A stretch of DNA of 64,000 nt, from assembly GCF_035084215.1 (NCBI RefSeq), contig NC_090367.1, forward strand, positions 186,001 through 250,000, given 5' to 3'. The notes beneath the pieces are model-generated. The model did no database searches. It was not told the origin of the DNA and worked only from the letters and a program-made list of their open reading frames with translations. The DNA comes from Heptranchias perlo. Its lineage: Eukaryota. Positions 50,570 to 62,789 of this stretch are shown here, piece by piece. Every line of letters begins with the position of its first letter. Position 1 is the first letter of the stretch. The position numbers were made by a program, and so were the translations under genes.

Positions 50570-53005
50570 TTCCCAATCTCCCGAACCGAACCCACACACT
50601 CCCCGAGTCCCAATCTCCCGAACCGAACCCCCACACTCCCCGAGTCCCAATCTCCCGAACCGAACCCACACACTCCCCGAGTCCCAGTCTCCCGAACCCC
50701 CACACTCCCCGAGTCCCAATCTCCCAAACCCCCACACTCCCCGAGTCCCAGTCTCCCGAACCGAACCCACACACTCCCCGAGTCCCAGTCTCCCGAACCC
50801 CCACACTCCCCGAGTCCCAATCTCCCGAACCCACACACTCCCCGAGTCCCAATCTCCCGAACCCCCACACTCCCCGAGTCCCAGTCTCCCGAACCGAACC
50901 CACACACTCCCCGAGTCCCAGTCTCCCGAACCCCCACACTCCCCGAGTCCCAATCTCCCGAACCCACACACTCCCCGAGTCCCAATCTCCCGAACCCCCA
51001 CACTCCCCGAGTCCCAGTCTCCCGAACCGAACCCCCCCCACACTCCCCGAGTCCCAATCTCCCGAACCGAATCCACTCCCCGAGTCCCAATCTCCCGAAC
51101 CGAATCCACTCCCCGAGTCCCAGTCTCCCGAACCGAATCCACTCCCCGAGTCCCAATCTCCCGAACCCCCACACTCCCCGAGTCCCAGTCTCCCAAACCC
51201 CCACACTCCCCGAGTCCCAGTCTCCCGAACCGAACCCACACACTCCCCGAGTCCCAGTCTCCCGAACCCCCACACTCCCCGAGTCCCAATCTCCCGAACC
51301 CCCACACTCCCCGAGTCCCAGTCTCCCGAACCGAACCCCCCCCACACTCCCCGAGTCCCAATCTCCCGAACCCACACACTCCCCGAGTCCCAGTCTCCCG
51401 AACCGAACCCACACACTCCCCGAGTCCCAATCTCCCGAACCGAACCCACACACTCCCCGAGTCCCAATCTCCCGAACCCCCACACTCCCCGAGTCCCAAT
51501 CTCCCGAACCCCCACACTCCCCGAGTCCCAATCTCCCGAACCCCCACACTCCCCGAGTCCCAGTCTCCCGAACCGAACCCACACACTCCCCGAGTCCCAA
51601 TCTCCCGAACCCCCACACTCCCCGAGTCCCAGTCTCCCGAACCCCCACACTCCCCGAGTCCCAATCTCCCGAACCCCCACACTCCCCGAGTCCCAATCTC
51701 CCGAACCGAACCCACACACTCCCCGAGTCCCAATCTCCCGAACCCCCACACTCCCCGAGTCCCAGTCTCCCGAACCCCCACACTCCCCGAGTCCCAATCT
51801 CCCGAACCCCCACACTCCCCGAGTCCCAATCTCCCGAACCGAACCCCCCCCACACTCCCCGAGTCCCAATCTCCCGAACCGAACCCCCCCCACACTCCCC
51901 GAGTCCCAATCTCCCGAACCCCCACACTCCCCGAGTCCCAATCTCCCGAACCCCCACACTCCCCGAGTCCCAATCTCCCGAACCCCCACACTCCCCGAGT
52001 CCCAATCTCCCGAACCCCCACACTCCCCGAGTCCCAATCTCCCGAACCCCCACACTCCCCGAGTCCCAGTCTCCCGAACCGAACCCACACACTCCCCGAG
52101 TCCCAGTCTCCCGAACCCCCACACTCCCCGAGTCCCAATCTCCCGAACCCCCACACTCCCCGAGTCCCAATCTCCCGAACCGAACCCACACACTCCCCGA
52201 GTCCCAATCTCCCGAACCGAACCCCCCCCCCACACTCCCCGAGTCCCAGTCTCCCGAACCCCCACACTCCCCGAGTCCCAGTCTCCCGAACCGAACCCCC
52301 CCCACACTCCCCGAGTCCCAGTCTCCCGAACCGAACCCCCCCCACACTCCCCGAGTCCCAATCTCCCGAACCCCCACACTCCCCGAGTCCCAATCTCCCG
52401 AACCCCCACACTCCCCGAGTCCCAGTCTCCCGAACCGAACCCCCCCCACACTCCCCGAGTCCCAATCTCCCGAACCCCCACACTCCCCGAGTCCCAATCT
52501 CCCGAACCCCCACACTCCCCGAGTCCCAGTCTCCCGAACCCCCACACTCCCCGAGTCCCAGTCTCCCGAACCGAACCCCCCCCACACTCCCCGAGTCCCA
52601 GTCTCCCGAACCGAACCCCCCCCACACTCCCCGAGTCCCAATCTCCCGAACCCCCACACTCCCCGAGTCCCAATCTCCCGAACCCCCACACTCCCCGAGT
52701 CCCAATCTCCCGAACCCCCACACTCCCCGAGTCCCAATCTCCCGAACCCCCACACTCCCCGAGTCCCAATCTCCCGAACCGAACCCACACACTCCCCGAG
52801 TCCCAATCTCCCGAACCCCACACTCACTGAGTCCCAGTCTCCCGAACCGAAACCACCCCCCCCCCCACACACTCCCCGAGTCCCAGTCTCCCGAACTGAA
52901 CCCCCCACTCTCTCCGAACCCTGCGTCCCAATCTCACCAATCCCCCCCGAGACGCAACCTCCTGTACCCCAATCTCCCCAACCCCCCCAGAGTCCCAATC
53001 TCCCG
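50570..53005. repeat. C-rich ~32-41 bp minisatellite (CCCCACACTCCCCGAGTCCCARTCTCCCGAA[CCGAA])
   Basis: About 65-70 units; source of the 790-940 aa ORFs on both strands. Confidence 0.97.
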
Positions 53006-53328
53006 ACCCGTCCCTACCCAACTTTACATTATCGCACAAGTCAAAAATGATCCCATGATGTCTGTCATTTATCCTTTTTAAAAATGTTTTATGCTTTTAA
53101 ACTGCTGGTCAGGAGCAGCTTGAAGAAAGATATAATGTATAACTAACTCTCTGGGCACATTCTAAGTGACAGTGAGGGCTCTCCCCATTCACGATGCAAC
53201 TGCTGTGGAACAAATTAACGTGCCATCAGGGGATGCACAACAAGGCAGCTCGGAAGAGGAATCACAGGAAGCTGTTCACGGGTGTCCCAGGAGCTGAGCC
53301 TGAAAAGTGCACCATTTTAATTGCCGAC

Positions 53329-53472
53329 ATGAAGGTAGAACTGTGCACTTTTAGCAGGTGTAAAGTATACTCCGGTCACGGGAAACACCGAGCTCGGGTT
53401 GAAGGGAAGGTTTTCCAGTTTCTGAACTCACAATGTGAGTCAGCCTTTCTCTCCAAGAGAAACCCTCGAGAG
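53329..53472 (+). pseudogene. RPL24: Processed RPL24 pseudogene, 5' part
   Basis: [48 protein letters not shown] versus RPL24 MKVELCSFSGYKIYPGHG...[22 protein letters not shown]; no introns. Confidence 0.93.
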
Positions 53473-55849
53473 CTTTTTGAGCCAGCATGTAGAAAGTCCT
53501 ACAAGAGAGGGGGCGGTACTGGACCTAATTCTAGGGAATGTGGCCGGCCAAGTGGAAGAAGTGCTAGTAGGTGAGCACTTTGGTGACAGTGACCATAATT
53601 CAGTGAGATTTAAGGTGGTCATGGAAAAGGACAGGGAGGGGCCGGAAATAAAGGTTCTAAATTGGGGGAAGGCCGATTTTAATAGGATAAGGCAGGATCT
53701 GGCCAAAATGGACTGGGATCAGCTGCTTGTAGGAAAATCCGCATCGGAGCAATGGGAGTCTTTCAGAAGGGAGATTGAGACCATACAATGGCAACATGTT
53801 CCCGTAAAGGTCAAGGGTGGTTCCAAGAACTCCAGGGAACCTTGGATGTCAGGGGATATACGAGAATGGATTAGGAAAAAAAGGAGGGCTTTTGGCAGAT
53901 ACAAAAGGCTAAAGACGGAGGAAGCCCTAGAGGAGTACAAAAAGTGCAGGGGGATACTTAAAAAGGAAATTAGGAGATCAAGGAGGGGCCATGAAATAAC
54001 ACTGGCGAGCAAAATAAAGGAAAATACTAAGATGTTTTATAAGTATATTAAGGGTAAGAGGATAACTAGGGAAAAAATAGGGCCCATTAGGGACAAAAAT
54101 GGCAATCTGTGTGTGGAGCCGGAAGATGTAGGAGGGGTTCTAAATGAATTTTTTGCATCTGTTTTCACTATGGAGAAGGGCGACGTAGACATAGAAATAC
54201 GACAGAGGGACTGTGATATACTCGAACATATTAACATCGAGCGGGAGGAGGTATTGGCGGTTTTAGCAGGCCTAAAAATGGATAAATCCCCAGGCCCGGA
54301 CGAAATGTATCCCAGGCTACTGTGTGAGGCAAAGGAGGAGATTGCGGGGGCTCTGACACATATATTCAGAACCTCTCTGGCCACAGGGGATGTGCCAGAG
54401 GACTGGAGAACCGCTAATGTAATACCATTATTCAAGAAGGGGAGTAGGGAAAAACCGGGGAACTACAGGCCAGTGAGCCTAACATCAGTGGTAGGAAAAT
54501 TATTATTGGAAAAAATTCTGAAGGACAAAATTAGTCTCCACTTGGAGAAGCAAGGATTAATCAGGGATAGTCAACATGGCTTTGTCAAGGGAAGATCATG
54601 TCTGACTAATTTGATTGAATTTTTTGAGGGGGTGACTAGGCGTGTGGATGAGGGTAACGCAGTGGATGTGGTATACATGGATTTCAGTAAGGCCTTCGAT
54701 AAAGTCCCGCACAGGAGACTGGTCAAGAAGGTACGAGCCCACGGAATCCAGGGTGCCTTGGCACTTTGGATACAAAACTGGCTTAGTGGCAGAAGGCAGA
54801 GGGTGATGGTCGAAGGTTGTTTTTGTGACTGGAAGCCTGTGGCCAGTGGGGTACCACAGGGATCTGTGCTGGGGCCCTTGCTGTTTGTGGTCTACATTAA
54901 CGACTTGGATATGAATGTAAAAGGTATGATCAGTAAGTTCGCTGATGATACAAAAGTTGGTAGGGTGGTAAATAGCGAGGAGGATAGCCTCAGTCTGCAG
55001 GACGATATAGATGGGTTGGTCAGATGGGCGGAACAGTGGCAAATGGAATTTAACCCGGAAAAGTGCGAGGTGATGCACTTTGGAGGGACTAACAAGGCAA
55101 GGGAATACACAATGAATGGGAAGACCCTAGGCAAGACAGAGGGTCAGAGGGATCTTGGTGTGCAAGTTCACAGATCCCTGAAGGCGGCGGAACAGGTAGA
55201 TAAGGTGGTAAAGAAGGCATATGGGATACTTGCCTTTATTAGCCGAGGCATAGAATATAAGAGCAAGGAGGTTATGATGGAGCTGTATAAAACACTGGTT
55301 AGGCCACAGCTGGAGTACTGTGTGCAGTTCTGGTCGCCGCACTACAGGAAAGATGTGATCGCTTTGGAGAGGGTGCAGAGGAGATTCACCAGGATGTTAC
55401 CAGGGCTGGAGCGCTTCAGCTATGAAGAGAGACTGGGAAGATTGGGTTTGTTTTCCTTGGAGCAGAGGAGGCTGAGGGGGGACATGATTGAGGTGTACAA
55501 AATTATGAGGGGCATAGATAGGATGGATACTAAGGAGCTTTTTCCCTTCGTTGAGGGTTCTATAACAAGGGGGCATAGATTCAAGGTAAAAGGCGGGAGG
55601 TTTAGAGGGGATTTGAGAAAGAACTTTTTCACCCAGAGGGTGGTTGGAGTCTGGAACTCACTGCCTGAGAGGGTTGTGGAGGCAGGAACCCTCACAACAT
55701 TCAAGAAGCATTTGGATGAGCACTTGAAATGCCATAGCATACAAGGCTACGGACCAAATGCTGGAATATGGGATTAGATTAGACAGGTCTTGATGGCCGG
55801 CGCGGACAAGATGGGCCGAAGGGCCTCTATCCGTGCTGTATGCCTCTAT
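53473..55849 (+). mobile_element. Young 5'-truncated CR1 LINE; ORF2 (end of endonuclease + complete RT) open to its stop at 55777
   Basis: About 770 uninterrupted codons: SDHN, NYRPVSLTSVV, DFSKAFDKVPH, GVPQGSVLGP, FADDTK; CR1 3' tail. Confidence 0.96.
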
Positions 55850-56229
55850 GAGATCGACTGGACTGTTGTACAGGCCCCAGCACAAAAAGGGGCAGTCCAA
55901 AGAGTGAAATTCCAGAGGACTATTACTGGCGTCTCTCTGGCTGAGATTATGGCTAAGAAGGATTGGAAACCCGAGGTGTGCCAGGCTCAATGTGAACAAG
56001 CAATTAGGGCTGCCAAGGAAGCCAAGGCGGCCAAAGCTGCAACAAAAAGTCAGTGCGCCTACAACTACGGCAGCTCAGAAGATAACACCCACACAGAAAT
56101 TTGCTAAGCCAGTGAAGACTCTTGACTTCCATGCATTAATGGAAAACGCAAAAGATCACACAGTTCGATGTTGATGTATAATAAAAAGCCAGAATAAAAT
56201 TCAATGTTTTTTGTGTCTTACAAAAAAAA
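55850..56229 (+). pseudogene. RPL24: Processed RPL24 pseudogene, 3' part with AATAAA and poly(A) remnant
   Basis: IDWTV...[36 protein letters not shown]; indels; AATAAA ~56180/56193; A-run 56222-56229. Confidence 0.92.
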
Positions 56230-56422
56230 GTATGCACTGTGTCAGTATGAGGCCCGATAGTTCAACTGGTAAAGCATTAACAATTGACAAAAAAACCACT
56301 AACATACATGATTTAAATTTCATTTAATTTTAGACAGAATTTAGCAAATGACATGAAGATCTTTTAAAGATACTTTAATACATAATCAAAAATATTTTTC
56401 ATCAAAATAATAGCTCTGCTAT

Positions 56423-56477
56423 TTAAACAATGTCGCATATTCCATGGTTCATGATTTTAAGATCTAAACCAAGTTCC
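56423..56477 (-). pseudogene. Kazal locus E, exon 4: ELGLDLKIMNHGICDIV*
   Basis: Homologous acceptor; HGIC sixth Cys. Confidence 0.8.
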
Positions 56478-56520
56478 CTGAAAGAGAATGGAAATATTAA
56501 TTAGTGCTCTACTTTAAAAA

Positions 56521-56760
56521 AAAGACTTGCATTTATATAGCACCATCCACGACCGCAGGACGTCCCAAAGTGCTTTACAGCCAATGGATTACTTTTTGGA
56601 GGGTGGTCACTGTTGTAATGTAGGAAACGCAGCAGCCAATTTGCGCACAGCAAGATCCCACAAACAGCAACGTGATAATGACCAAATAATCTGTTTTAGT
56701 GATGTTTGTTGAAGAATAAATATTGGTCAGGACACTGGGGAGAACTCCCCCTGCTCTTTG
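56521..56760 (-). mobile_element. Deu-domain SINE, 3' half
   Basis: GACTTGCATTTATATAGC...GCACAGCAAGATCCCACAAACAGCAA. Confidence 0.8.
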
Positions 56761-57219
56761 ATGCATTTAGCTCTCCTTTTCCCCATAAAACAGATGTTAG
56801 CCAAACAATTCCAGCATGGGAAGGAGTGGAGACAAGGGGGTAGCTTTTGCAGATAGTTGTTTCCCAGGTTACTGGTGGTCCTAGTATGTTCTCATATGAT
56901 GCATGAAGTTGTCTGACAATTGGTGTCGAGGAATATTCTGATTTCTATTATCTATGGGGCTTTACCAGAATTACAAGATGAAATCAATGGGACCTAAAAC
57001 AAGAGTCATTTTATTCACTGAGATCAACTTTAATAATCATTTCTATTTTCAAATCTCCCAAATTATTTTCCTGTCCCTGTAATGCATGTGTTTGTGCACT
57101 CATTAAAACCAATGTATTCTTCAGCTATTTTGTTTAATCTTTATTTAAAAACAACATTTTCTCTCCAATTGTCTCTGATTACCTAGCTTCACCTGCCATA
57201 CTGGAGCTGATTATTGTAC

Positions 57220-57321
57220 CTGTTTTTGGACAGCAACAGGACAGTAGTGCAAGAAAATTTGGAGTGCAGATCGTACTGTCCCGCTGACCTCCAGGGTGCT
57301 GTCATATCCCAGACAGTCTGG
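57220..57321 (-). pseudogene. Kazal locus E, decayed exon 3: PDCLGYDSTLEVSGTVRS...
   Basis: Acceptor flank and PxC start are homologous to B and D; VCGT has become VSGT; 102 nt, out of phase with exon 4. Confidence 0.6.
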
Positions 57322-57659
57322 CTGCAAGTAATGAGATTGACAGATTAATGTGTGCAATCTAAAAATTTACTCTAATGATAAAACAAACTAAAACCTTGGC
57401 ACTCACGAAAATAACGGAATAATACCTAACAGCCTACAGAGAGTGAAAGAGTAAAAATTGGGAAAAGAATATTCCCAGTTTCTGATAACCAGAAACAAAA
57501 TCAAACCCATGACCTTACATTACTCAGCAGAATACTGAGTTCTGGAAAAGTCTAAAAGTTAGAGACCCACAAATCGCACTCTGTTTTTGGCGTAATTTTA
57601 AAGAGTACAAGTGGGGCACGTGACCTTTTTTTGGGGTGGAAATGGTTTATGCTGGTTTT

Positions 57660-58205
57660 AGGAATGTAGGAACAGGAGTAGGCCATTCGGCCCCTCAAAC
57701 CTGTTTCACCATTCTCTTAGATTATAGTTGATACGTATCTCACCTCTACCCACCGTTGTTCCATGTCCCTCGATACCCTTACCTAACAAAAGGGTATCAA
57801 TCTTGGTCTGGAAAATTTCAATTAACTCAACATCCACAGCCTTTTGGGGGAAATGAGTTCCAGATTTCCACTACCCACTGTGAAAAAATACTTGCTGATT
57901 TCACTGCTGAACGGCCTGGCTCTAATTTTAAGGTTATGCCCCCTTGTTCTGGATTCCCCACCAGAGGAAATAGTTTCCCTGTATCTACCCTATCGAATCC
58001 CTTAATCGTTTTAAATACATTAATTAGATTACCCCTCAACTTTTTAAAACTCTAAATGAGTACAACCCGTCCTCATAATTTAACCTTTTAAGCCCTGTTA
58101 TTGTCCTGGTCAATGTGTGCTGTACCCCTTCCAAGGTCAATATATCTTTCCTGATGTTTGGTGCCAAGAAACAGAACATAGTACTCCAGGTGGGGTCTAA
58201 CCAAG
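57660..58205 (-). mobile_element. CR1 3' fragment
   Basis: RGNLINVFKTIKGFDRVDTGKLFPL, tail. Confidence 0.8.
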
Positions 58206-58674
58206 TCTAGAGATAATGGGCATGTACTCCAGTTGGTAGGATATGACTCGTGGTGTGTTTTTCTTTTATTCCTTCATGGGATGTGGGTCTCACTGGCTAG
58301 GCTGGCATTTATTGCCCATCCCTAATTGCCCTTGAGCTGCCTTCTTGAATAACTGAGTGGCTTGCTAGGCCATTTCAGAAGGTGATTAAGAATTGACCAC
58401 GTTCGTGTGGGTCTGGAGTCACATAGGCCAGACCGGGTAAGGACGGCAGGTTTCCTTCCCTAAAAGGGCATTAGTGAACCAGATGGGTTTTTAAACAATC
58501 CAGTAGTTTCATGGCCACCATTACTAGTTCTTTTTAAATTCCAGATATTTTTTTTAATTAATTGAATTTAAATTCCCCAGCTGCCATGGCAGGATTTGAA
58601 ACCATGACTGCAGAATATATTAGTCCAGGCCTCTGGATTACTAGTCCAGTAATATAACCACTATGCTACCGTAC

Positions 58675-61075
58675 CTGGTGGCCCCCAGGGATCTGTACTG
58701 GGGCCTCAGCTTTTCATTATATTTATCAATGACTTCACCAAAGGAACAGAGAGCTGTATATCCAAGTTTGCTGATGACACTAAGTTAGATGACACAGTAA
58801 ATAGTGTAGATGGGAGCAGAAAGTTGCAAAGGGACATTGAGAGATTGAGCAAAACTGTGCGAGGTCATTCACTTTGGACCCAAGAAAGACAGATCAGAGT
58901 ACTTTCTAAATGGTGAGACTGTGGAGGAGCAGAGAGGTTTAGGGGTCCAAGTACAGAAACCACCAAAAGCAGGTGGACAGGTACAATTCTTTTTTTAAAA
59001 AAAAAAGGCTAATGGAACGTTGGCCATGATCTCAACAGGGCTGGAACACAAAGGGGAGGAAGTTATGTTACGGTTTGTATAAAGCTCTGGTTAGACCCCA
59101 TCTGGAGGCTGTGTTCAGTTCTGGGCACCGCACCTCAGGAAGGATAGATTAGCCTTGGAGAGGGTGCAGTGCAGATCCACCAGAATTACAAGGCCAGGTT
59201 GCGTGGAGTCGGCTTGTATTCCCTCCAGTAAAGAAGATTAAGAGGTGATCTGATTGAGGTGTTTAAGATGATTAAAGGATTCAATCAGGTAATTCTCTTC
59301 CCTCTCCCGCACTCCCTCTGGAGTCCCCCAAGGATCTATCCTTGGCCCCCTCCTATTTCTCGTCTACATGCTGCCCCTTGGCGATGTCATCTGAAAACAC
59401 GGCGTCAGATTCCCCATGTACACTGACGACACCCAGCTCTACCTCACCACCACCTCCCTCGACCCCTGCACTGTCTCTCATTTATCACACTGCTTGTCCG
59501 ACATCCAGTACTGGATGAGCAAAAATTTCCTCCAACTAAATGTTGGGAAGACCGAAACCGTTGTCTTTGGTCCCCGCCGCAAACTCCATTCCCTAGTCAC
59601 CGACTCCATCCCTCTCCCTGGCCGCTGTCTGAGGCTGAACCAGACCGTCCTATTTGACAGAGGTGAGCTTTTGACCACATGTCCGCTCCATCACCAAGAC
59701 CGCCTATTTCCACCTCCGTAACATCGCCCGTCTCCGCCCCTGCCTCAGCTTATCTGCTGCTGAAACCCTCATCCATGCCTTTGTTACCTCTAAATTCAAC
59801 TATTCCAATGCTCCCCTGGATGGCCACCCATCTTCTACCCTCTAAATTTCAGCTAATCCAAAACTCTGCTGCCCGTATCCTAACTCGCACCAAGTCCTGT
59901 TCTCCCATCACCCACTATGCTCACTGACCTACATGGTGTACCGGGAACACCTTGATTTTAAAATTCTCACCTTTGTTTTCAAATCCCTCCGTAAGTAATA
60001 GGAGCAGGCCATACAGCTCCTCGCGTCTTCCATTCAATAAGATCATGGCTGATCTTCGACCTCAACTCCACTTTCCAGCCAGATCCCCATATCCCTTGAT
60101 TCCCCTAGAGTCCAAAAATCTATCTGTCTCAGTCTTGAATATACTCAACGACTCAGCATCCACAGCCCTCTGGGGTAGAGAATTCCAAAGATTCATAACC
60201 CTCTGAGTGAAGAAATTCCTCCTCATCTCAGTCTTTATTTGCCGATCCCTTATCCTGAGACTATGCCCCCTAGTTCTAGACTCTCCAGCCAGGGGAAACA
60301 ACCTCTCAGCATCTACCCTGTCGAGCCCCCTCAGAATCTTATATGTTTCAATGTGATCACCTCTCATTCTTCTAAACTCCAGAGAGTATAGGCCCATTCT
60401 ACTCAATCTCTCCTCATAGGACAACCCTCTCATCCCAGGAATCAACCTTACCTAAAACCATCTCTGTAACCTCAGAGATCTCTACGCTCCTCCAATTCCG
60501 GCCTCTTGCGCTTCCCCGATTTTAATCACTCCACTATTGGCAGCTGCCTGGGCCCTAAGCTCTGGAATTCCATCCCTAAACCTTTCCACCTCTAAGTCGC
60601 TCCTTAAAACCTACCTCTGACCAATCACCTGTCCTAATACCTCCTTATATGGATCAATGTCAAATTTTGTTTGATAACGCTCCTATGAAGCGCCTTGGGA
60701 TGTTTTATTACGTTAAAGGCCCTATATAAATGCAAGTTGTTGTTGATAGAGAGAAACTATTTCCTCTGGTGGGGGGAGTCCAGAACAAGGGGGCAGAACC
60801 TTAAAATTAGAGCCAGGCCGTTCAGGGGTGATGTCAGGAAGCACTTCCTCACACAAAGGGGAGTGGAAATCTGGAACTCTCTCCCCCCCAAAAAAAGCTG
60901 TGGATCCTGGAGGTCAATTGAAAATTTCAAAACTGAGATTGATAGATTTTTGCTAGCCAATGGTATTAAGGGTCATGGAACCGAGGCGGGTAATTGGAGT
61001 TAAGATAAGATCAGCCATGATATAATTGAATGGCGGAACAGTTTCAGAGGGCTGACTGACCTCCTCCTGTTCCAA
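58675..61075 (+). mobile_element. Nested LINEs: CR1 (+) containing an L2-type LINE (~59293-60745, +), which contains a CR1 3' end (~59995-60445, -)
   Basis: CR1 KFADDTK ... resumes at 60746; L2 [22 protein letters not shown] and (GTT)n tail; inner CR1 MIPGMRGLSYEERL. Confidence 0.85.
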
Positions 61076-61089
61076 TGTTGTGCGAGTTT

Positions 61090-61260
61090 GGGAACTCTAG
61101 TGGATTGGAGCCTGTCTTTTACCAACAGTTTCCTTGGCATCGATGTTTCCTTCAAACTGCATACAAAATGGTCTCTTATTGCACCATCCAGAAACCCACC
61201 AGAGTCACATTTCTTGGACAGTTTCCTCAGTTTTGCCATAAACTGAGAAATATGGTCGTC
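61090..61260 (-). mobile_element. Gypsy-type LTR retrotransposon gag remnant
   Basis: AKLRKLSKKCD.G.FLDGAIRDHFVCSL...RKLL resembles the gag LRxLAxxC...LRDRxVCG motif. Confidence 0.55.
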
Positions 61261-61632
61261 GACCCTTTCCCTCCTCTGGTTTAAATTTCATCAGTTCCAC
61301 AAATACAAGCGGTGTTGGAATCTGATGTTCTTTGACTACTTGGAGCACCCCCTCATTCAGACTGGGCAGGAGCAATCAGATTCTTAATCAATGTAGATCC
61401 GCAGAGAATCAGTAAAACTCCTCTCCCTCTCGTGATTCACAATTATGTGGGACAGGCTGGATGGACCAGAAGGTCTTTTCCTGTCCATCATTGTTCGTAT
61501 AACAAGATACGAGCTAAAGGCAAGGAATTTACCAACGGATGGGACAGTCTTTGGGATATGAAGGAACAGAATTAGGAAAACACATTAGTAAACGCTGTAA
61601 ACACAGAAACAAATTTAAACTTAGGAACTCAC

Positions 61633-61664
61633 ATCAATGACATCACTCTGAGTCACAGGCAGTT
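61633..61664 (-). pseudogene. Kazal locus E, exon 2: ELPVTQSDVID
   Basis: Acceptor (CTGAAATAGAAAAACACA on +) identical to gene B; GTGAGT donor; 32 nt, phase 1-0. Confidence 0.75.
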
Positions 61665-61758
61665 CTGAAATAGAAAAACACACAGATCATTGCAATGGAC
61701 ACGAAGATACAAAGACCCCTCATTCCCCACTGTTTATTGAGTAAGGAGGAAGAAGGCG

Positions 61759-62360
61759 TCAGCTGTGGTTCAGGAAAAGCAATCTCGCCTCAGACATCAC
61801 CGTCACACATCCTGCCCCACTCCAGAGACTTGAGCCCATAATCCAGGCCAACACTCCCAGTGCTGTACCGAGGGAGCGCCGCACCGTCGGAGGGGCAGTA
61901 CCGAGGGAGCGCCGCACCGTCGGAGGGGCAGTACCGAGGGAGCGCCGCACCGTCGGAGGGTCAGTACTGAGGGAGCGCCGCACCGTCGGAGGGTCAGTAC
62001 CGAGGGAGCGCTGCACCGTCGGAGGTGCCGTCTTTCAGATGAGATGTTAAACCGAGGCCCCGTCTGCTCCTCTCAGGTGGATGTAAAAGATCCCACGGCC
62101 ACTATTGGAAGAAGAGCAGGGGGAGTTCTCCCTGGTGTCCTGGGGCCAATTTTTATCCCTCAACCAACATCACTAAAAAACGGATTACCTGGTCATTATC
62201 ACATTGCTGTTTGTGGGATCTTGCTGTGCACAAATTGGCTGCTGTGTTTCCTACATTACAACAGTGACTACACTTCAAAAGTACTTCATTGGCTGTAAAG
62301 CTCTTTGGGACGTCTTGAGGTGGTGAAAGGCCCTGTAGATATACAAGTCTTTCGTTCTTT
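61759..62360 (+). mobile_element. Near-complete Deu-domain SINE with ~5 copies of the internal 30-bp unit
   Basis: Head, expansion 61865-62025, Deu body, tail. Confidence 0.88.
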
Positions 62361-62789
62361 ACACATGATGGGGATTCTCACTGAAACCACATTAAACATT
62401 TTAGTAAGTCACTTATTCAAAAAGAGCCCAAATAGCAACAATCGTTTAGAATATCGACAGTTAAAATGGTTCCCTCTAACATTCTTGAATCATATTATCG
62501 CCAACAAAATCCCAATTATCAGTGTTCATATTGGAATGGGAATAATTCCATCAATATCAACAAAAGGAAAGATTTTGCTCTGTTTTTTAATAAAATACAA
62601 TACCCACAATATCAGCACTAACCTGTCGTCACCATTTGCCATTTCAGTGTCTGGTAAGACTAGTTTTACTTTAAATTACTACACCTGTAATTTATAACAA
62701 AATGTGTGATAGTTTAATTTGTCACCACTACATCATTTAATGAATTTTCAGATGTAAAAGAGTCCCTTCCACTAGACTCCATTATTCTC

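Noticed and set aside
50162-53081. Pro/Ser-rich and Gly-rich ORFs of 790-944 aa (mucin- or extensin-like)
   Set aside because: Translations of a minisatellite on both strands with constant frame switching
53435-55777. 780-aa ORF as a domesticated host RT gene or an RPL24 fusion
   Set aside because: Ordinary 5'-truncated CR1 ORF2 with a GTG start, out of frame with the RPL24 fragment
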